Part shown: positions 55,203 through 64,000 of the stretch, piece by piece | Layout: every line of letters starts with the position of its first letter | Position numbering within the stretch: position 1 is the first letter of the stretch | Assembly (NCBI RefSeq): GCF_009914755.1 | Contig: NC_060936.1 | Length of the DNA stretch: 64,000 nucleotides | Source: the human T2T-CHM13v2.0 reference genome, Homo sapiens | Strand: one strand, 5' to 3' | Notes under the pieces: model-generated | Databases searched by the model: none | What the model saw: the letters and a program-made list of their open reading frames with translations, nothing else | Told to the model about the DNA's origin: nothing | Translations under genes and position numbers: made by a program

Positions 55203-55323
55203 TAAGGTGACTACATAGTTTTTTATCCAAATTTGAGAGAAACAGACTATCATAACATTTAAACACCAAGACAAATGGTTTAAATTGACACTATCCCAGG
55301 CAAATTGGGACATGTGAGGTCCT
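55203..55323. mobile_element. hAT-Blackjack (MER81/MER94-like) remnant
   Basis: aggtgactacata...gacactatcccagggcaaattgggacatgtg. Confidence 0.45.
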
Positions 55324-56119
55324 GGAAAGAAGCAGGCAAAGAACCTAGGCTTGCAGTCTCAAAGCACTTCCCAATCAGACAAAGGGTAGAGATAGATTCC
55401 GGAGTTTGAAATCTCAGTGCACCTTTCTTGCCAAGGTTTTGGAGTAACATTGGGCTCTGGCATAAGGTCTTAAAGCTCTTGAGTACTGAGGATTCTGGCT
55501 GGTCTGGCTTCTGATCCTGAGATCCCTAAGCACATTGCTGGTCAAAGACTGTGGAGAGAAAGAAACTAGACTCAGATTTAAAAGGACTTTGATTTTTTTT
55601 TTTTTTTAAAAAGTGCTTCTGTTTAGTGTTTCACACTTTTATTCCATAGCACTTACATAGACTGATTTGTGCCAAATTGTTGTGAATAGTTTGTCAATCT
55701 GTCTTTCCCAATAAATTCTGAGGCCCATAGAGACAGGTGCCATGTCTTATCCATCTTTATTTTCTTCCAGATTTTGTATAGTCACTTCTAATGTTAGCTC
55801 AATATTTGGATTGAATCGCAGTAACCAACTGAATATTTTTATTTTTATCCATATATTTTGCTATTTGGGGTAGACATGGCAGTAACTCAAAATAGAGTCA
55901 ATATTGATCTCTTAAGACAGTATTTATGCAAATAATTATGTCAGATGTCACAGTAGATGCCATGGGAGAAGCACAGCAGAATGAGACCACCTGTCCTTAC
56001 CTTTGAATATTTTACACAATGTGGGAAATAGAGAAGTGTAAATGTGTACTTTCTCCTTCCTAGGCTCCCACCATCGATAAATCTGATAAAAATTAATTTA
56101 TCTAGAGGAAGTTGATTAA

Positions 56120-56424
<305 letters not shown>

Positions 56425-56758
56425 TGATTAAGTCTTTGCTAAATATGCTCAGCTAGTTGATGAAAGAATTAATGGTAATAAAGACATACTTGTTCTTGAA
56501 GCATATCTGACAGGTATCTCTCTCTATATATATGTATATACATATACATATATATATAAAATGAGAAAGAGATATACACACACACAATGATTTACAATAT
56601 ATAATGATTTACACATTTAGCCAGTCATTTCAGGAATCCTAATAAAAATACATATTATCTTTTGGAATGAAGGGTCTTATAATTAATAATTTGTAGATTT
56701 AAGATATGATCAATCAAGAAAAATATTATTCTGTCATTCCCCATCAAAATAACTTTTT

Positions 56759-57405
<647 letters not shown>

Positions 57406-57940
57406 CATTCAACTACTTTATATTAAACACCTCCATGGGTTATGCACTGTGCTAGGCCCTAGGGATACAAGGGTGTACACAATGAATATGATTCTTTTCC
57501 TCTTGGCTCTCACTATATGATGGAGGGAGACAGACAGAAAATTATAATAGTCAGTTATAATTGTACATGATATCTACTCTGATAGGATAGATAAAGGGCC
57601 AGAGAAGGCTTCTCTGAGAATAGTAGAATCTATGTGAAGACTTGAAGGATGAAAAGGAGTTGCTTAAGTTATGGGTGAGGGAGTCATAGATGTATAAGCT
57701 GGACGTGAGAGCATGGAATGTTCAGGAACTCAGACATCAACATAGCTAGTGTAGAGTGTGAAGCAGGAAAGTAACCAGAAATGAAGATAGAGAAGTATTT
57801 AGTGTTAAGATGGTAGAGATGTACTTTTTTGTACCCTATATAAATGTATAAGGATGTGTTTTTGTGTTTTTAATGCTGTTCTTACAATGACTTAAGTAAT
57901 CGCTGTAAGTTAATAGATAACCTGATTAAGAAAACTCTAT

Positions 57941-58252
57941 GGCTAGGCGCGGTGGCTCACGCCTGTAATCCCAGCACTTTGGGAGGCCAAAGCGGATGGA
58001 TCATGAGGTCAGGAGTTCGAGACCAGCCTGAACATGGTGAAACCCCGTCTCTACTAAAAATACAAAAATTAGCCGGGCGTGGTGGCGCGCGCATGTAATC
58101 CCAGGTACTCAGGAGGCTGACGCAGGAGAATCGCTTGAATCTGGGAGGCGGAAGTTGTAGTGAGCCGAGATCGTGCCACTGCACTCCAGGCTGGGCGACA
58201 GAGCAAGAGTCTGTCTCAAAAAAAAAAAAAAAAGAAAGAAAGAAAGAAAGAA
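57941..58252 (+). mobile_element. Alu ending ~50 nt before exon 5
   Basis: TSD aagaaaactcta; (GAAA)n tail. Confidence 0.9.
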
Positions 58253-58304
58253 AACTCTACTGGATCTAGTTATTAGTTTATAATTTCTTAACTTATTCTT
58301 CTAG

Positions 58305-58433
<129 letters not shown>

Positions 58434-58719
58434 TGAATAATATTGGATTTAGCATTTTATTAATTCAGTATGAGTCTTAAGACTATATGGAGACTAGTGA
58501 TAGCAAATGGCACATTTTACTTTGTGGGGGGACCTTTGGTAGTTCCTTACTGATGAAATTGATGAGACTGGGGTAAATTCACGATGAGTAGTTACTTACA
58601 GTACGGAAGAAGAGTGATATATGTCCATCTACTATTCCTCCATTATGTCCTGTAAGTAAACCAGAATAATGACAAGAACCTAGAGTCTATATTTTAATTT
58701 ATTCATTATTACTAAAGCT

Positions 58720-59030
<311 letters not shown>

Positions 59031-59097
59031 CTTTATTTCTTGTTTAATCATATTTTCTAAATTTTCTACAAAGCATATGTTCAAGAATACTTTAGTA

Positions 59098-59436
<339 letters not shown>

Positions 59437-59579
59437 CTATGGTTGACATTTTGATAAATATATTTAAATCTTTTTCTTGGTATTCTGTAGATAAATGTTG
59501 TAATCCGCCTCTTTCAATTAATGTCATTTCATGACTTTTTCTCATGTCATTAAACATTCTTCTGCATGATTTTTAATGA

Positions 59580-59975
<396 letters not shown>

Positions 59976-60703
59976 TAAGACTTTTGATATTGTTCTTCAG
60001 TACAGTGCTATCGGTAATGAGTAAGAGTGCCCATTTTTCCAAATTCTGTCAATACTGACTACCGTGTATATTTTACCTTTACTATTACTGTGATATTTAA
60101 GCTATTAGTTTTTTAGATTTAGGAAGGAGTTTTTTTATTTGTTTGTTTTTATAACAAAATACTATGAAGCTGGTTAACAGGAAGGAAGTTTATTTTTGAA
60201 GTCTTTATTTTCAGAGACGGAATTGGTTCATTGGAAAAACCAGGTACAAACTTATGTCATGAAAATACCATAGCCTTAAAAATAATTTTGATGGAAAATT
60301 GGCAAAATATATGGCTTGGTATTTAACAGAACAGATGGGATGTCAGCAGCTGTTGTTCATGTATTTAGACCTGCACACTTTCCATTATAGAAAATTTTTC
60401 AAAAATCATGTGCCCATATTTGGAATCAGAACACAAATGTGCTGGTTGGCAGCTTTACCTTGCTGCATTATAACTGGTTTTTGTTGCATTTCTGGATGAA
60501 CACCAAGCTGCCAAAAAAATTACCCTGCATAAGAAGCCCTGGGGGAAAAATAGAAATGACCTTCATCCAAAAGAGGATCTTGGTTGTTAATGCTGTGGTT
60601 ATAAATGATGAAAATGTTAGATGCATAATCAAAATAAAACCTTATCTGTTTCCTACAGACTGAGAATACTTTTTCTTATAAGGTCTTCTTTGCCACTTTT
60701 TAG

Positions 60704-60769
60704 GATATCAGTGCAATGGAAGAAGAAAAGGATCAGCTCATTAAGAGAGTTGAACATTTGAAGAAAAGG
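60704..60769 (+). CDS. IFT81: IFT81 exon 6
   Basis: tttttag|GAT; DISAMEEEKDQLIKRVEHLKKR; donor AGG|GTAAGG; 66 nt. Confidence 0.95.
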
Positions 60770-61082
60770 GTAAGGCAGAATTAGTACTGTAAGACTTTGG
60801 CCCCAAGTCCCAAGGACTTGCAAAGATTTAGGAATGCAAATAAAGATTCAGCCAAGCATGAGTGTACATCTGAGGATGGACTCAAATAACATTGACGAAA
60901 AGGGAATCTCTCTAGACAGTAGCCCAGCACTTTCAAGGACCTGGAGCCTAGAGCTTTACTGTCATCTCTAGGGAGTACTGTTTACCAAAAGGAAATGATA
61001 AGTGGATGTCTGAGTCACATGACATGCTAATTTTTTTCTTCAAACCTGACAGTAACATGTACTACTTATTCCCTTACTGTAG

Positions 61083-61202
<120 letters not shown>

Positions 61203-61342
61203 TAAAAGTTTATATTCTCAGTATGAAGGAAATAGTTCCTTCTCATAATCCAAATGTAAAGAAAAGAGTTTTAAAATTGTAGACGTTCACTTTCCTTTTG
61301 CTAACATAATGGAATACTCTTTTAATTAAGATAAATATTTCA

Positions 61343-61681
<339 letters not shown>

Positions 61682-62530
61682 TTATACTCTGAATTGTATC
61701 TATACACTGTCTTTTGGCCTATGCTTACCTCGTGTTGTTCCAACATTACAGAAGAGTCATTGTAATGTTAACAGTAAGATTAACTGCTAATAAAACTTCT
61801 AGAATCTCTACAGGATGCTTTTAGATTCCAGGGCTATGAGACCATTCTTTTTATTCCAGTGATCACAGTACCCTCTGCAGTTTACTACAATGGCAAATAA
61901 GTCATGAAAAGGCTCAAAATCACCTACACTCCATGTTTTTAAACTTTGCCTTAAAGAAAAATAATTTGCTAAGAAATTATTACTTTTACTTATTAAAAAT
62001 CTATTTTAAAATCTGAGTAGACTTATACATTAAAATATATTTCACATAAGCTTCATTTACTACTAAATCAGCAGTTTAAATGTTTGATTTTGCTGGCACT
62101 TGACTTGGCATCGAAGTAGTTTCACTGCAGCAGTAAGCTGCATCGCCTAAGCCCTGAATGGTTACTTGGCGTTGGTTTGTGATTCTGAAACATCACTATA
62201 TCAATGTTAACATTACTTGGCCTTAAGAAAACCATGTATAACAAGAAAAATCTGGTGTGTGTGTTTCTTTGATAAGTATTTTTCCTTAAACCGCAAATTC
62301 AGTAAATAACTAAAGAAAAATTTGTGAAAACTTCCTTAAAAAATGTATGTGAAAAGGTATTGAGAGAACCAGTTACATTTTGGGTTTAATATGGGAATTT
62401 TCCGAGTTCTTATTATTTGTTCCTTTTATATCATAAGAATTATATGGAACTTGTATTTTTCATTGCTTGCCTAAGTGAGAGGTAAGCTTCAGTAGACTAA
62501 GCAAGTAATCTATTTAATTGTATTTTAAAG

Positions 62531-62615
62531 CTATTTCATGCAGTGCAAAGATTGCAAAGAGTACAAAACCAGCTGAAAAGCATGCGCCAAGCTGCAGCAG
62601 ATGCAAAGCCTGAAA
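62531..62615 (+). CDS. IFT81: IFT81 exon 8
   Basis: ttttaaag|CTA; [28 protein letters not shown]; donor A|GTAAGT; 85 nt. Confidence 0.94.
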
Positions 62616-62820
62616 GTAAGTGGAAATTATTATATGGTATAGATGATTAGAAAATATTAATTTAAATCACGATCTTCCTAAAAAATCAATTTGTGAGAAT
62701 TAGTTATCATCAAGTGATGTCTCAGCATTTTGGAACATCATTTCCTAGCTGGAGAAGGAGAGCCCTGATAAAGACATCCCTGGGTTTTCACCAGATGTTT
62801 TTAAAAATTCCTAACCAGAT

Positions 62821-63110
<290 letters not shown>

Positions 63111-63206
63111 AATTCCTAACCAGTTTTTCACATCAGAGAGTGAAGATAATGAAAACAACTGTGGAGGGAGGCTGTCTGGTTTGTGCTTGTATAAAGGACT
63201 TAGCAT

Positions 63207-63521
63207 GGCTGGGCGTGGTAGCTCACACTTATAATCCCAGCACTTTAGGAGGCTGAGGCGGGTGGATCACTTGAGGTCAGGAGTTCGAGACCAACCTGGC
63301 CAACATGGTGAAACCCTGTTTCTACTAAAAGTACAAAAAAATTAGCTGGGCATGATGTCATGTGCCTATAATCTCAGCTACTCAGGATGCTGCGGCAGGA
63401 GAATTGCTTGAACCTAGAAGGCAGAGGTTGCAGTGAGCCGAGATCGCGCCATTGTACTGCAGCCTGGGCGACAGACTGAGACTCTGTCTCAAGAAAAATA
63501 AATAAATAAATAAATAAATAA
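63207..63521 (+). mobile_element. Alu, intron 8
   Basis: TSD ataaaggacttagcat. Confidence 0.9.
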
Positions 63522-64000
63522 AGGACTTAGCATGGACGTTGTGAAAATGATGGTTGGAAAAATTATGAATCATTGTTTTAAAGCCAGGGCTATAAAGAAA
63601 AAGAATAGAATGCTGGATCCTTAAAACCGAGTGTTTTTCATATTTTGGTTTGTAGAATAACAGTGCTAATGACGTAGGTATCTCTGGCTCTGTTCTTACA
63701 TTAGCTTAACACAGAGGATAAACTGTCCTAACAGCCCAGATTACACCACCAGATCCATCCTAGGCATTTTACAAAGCATTTTTGCTTGTCAGAAGAAAGA
63801 CCACGCAAACTGAAAGAGCAGTGGAAAGCTCTCATTTGTACTGGAGAACTATCCCAATGTAAATAGCTGATAGAGGGTTAATTCATCTTTCTGTAGTAAT
63901 CTATGAAATTCTACAAGAGCAGGGAGCAGGAGGTTAAGGAGTTCCTACTTCGTTGACATCTTTCTGGGAAGTGGAAAGTGATCTGTTCACAGCCTAGGAA

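Noticed and set aside
58548-58620. TGATGA boxes suggesting an intronic C/D snoRNA (also 49526)
   Set aside because: No suitably placed CTGA D box or terminal stem.

Overview
Primate (human-like) Alu-rich genomic DNA. The first ~50 kb is intergenic and made mostly of interspersed repeats: roughly 65-70 Alu copies or fragments, plus old LTRs, L1/L2/MIR pieces and hAT DNA transposons. At ~49.8-50.8 kb a CpG-island promoter starts IFT81 (intraflagellar transport 81) on the + strand. One non-coding exon and seven coding exons (781 coding nt, aa 1-260) join through GT-AG introns into one uninterrupted frame; the gene continues past the window end. Nearly all other ORFs in the track are Alu or simple-repeat artefacts. 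I see no evidence for a wholly new protein-coding system. The best leads are structural and regulatory. (1) A ~194-bp inverted templated duplication with a junction hairpin lies inside an Alu at 12.8-13.6 kb. (2) An unexplained ~330-bp sequence with a splice-acceptor-like start sits inside a FLAM/MER20 insertion at 28.5 kb. (3) A chimeric Alu is bounded by one 17-bp TSD at 32.4 kb. (4) A CArG/TEAD/T-box/GATA motif cluster at 35 kb may be a muscle or cardiac enhancer. (5) There is a strong CTCF motif at 26.1 kb. (6) The IFT81 promoter carries a GC-rich tandem repeat, an ETS-CRE motif and paired RFX half-sites. (7) Stop-introducing upstream acceptors precede IFT81 exons 6 and 7. Repeat-family names come from remembered consensus sequences and repeat boundaries are approximate.
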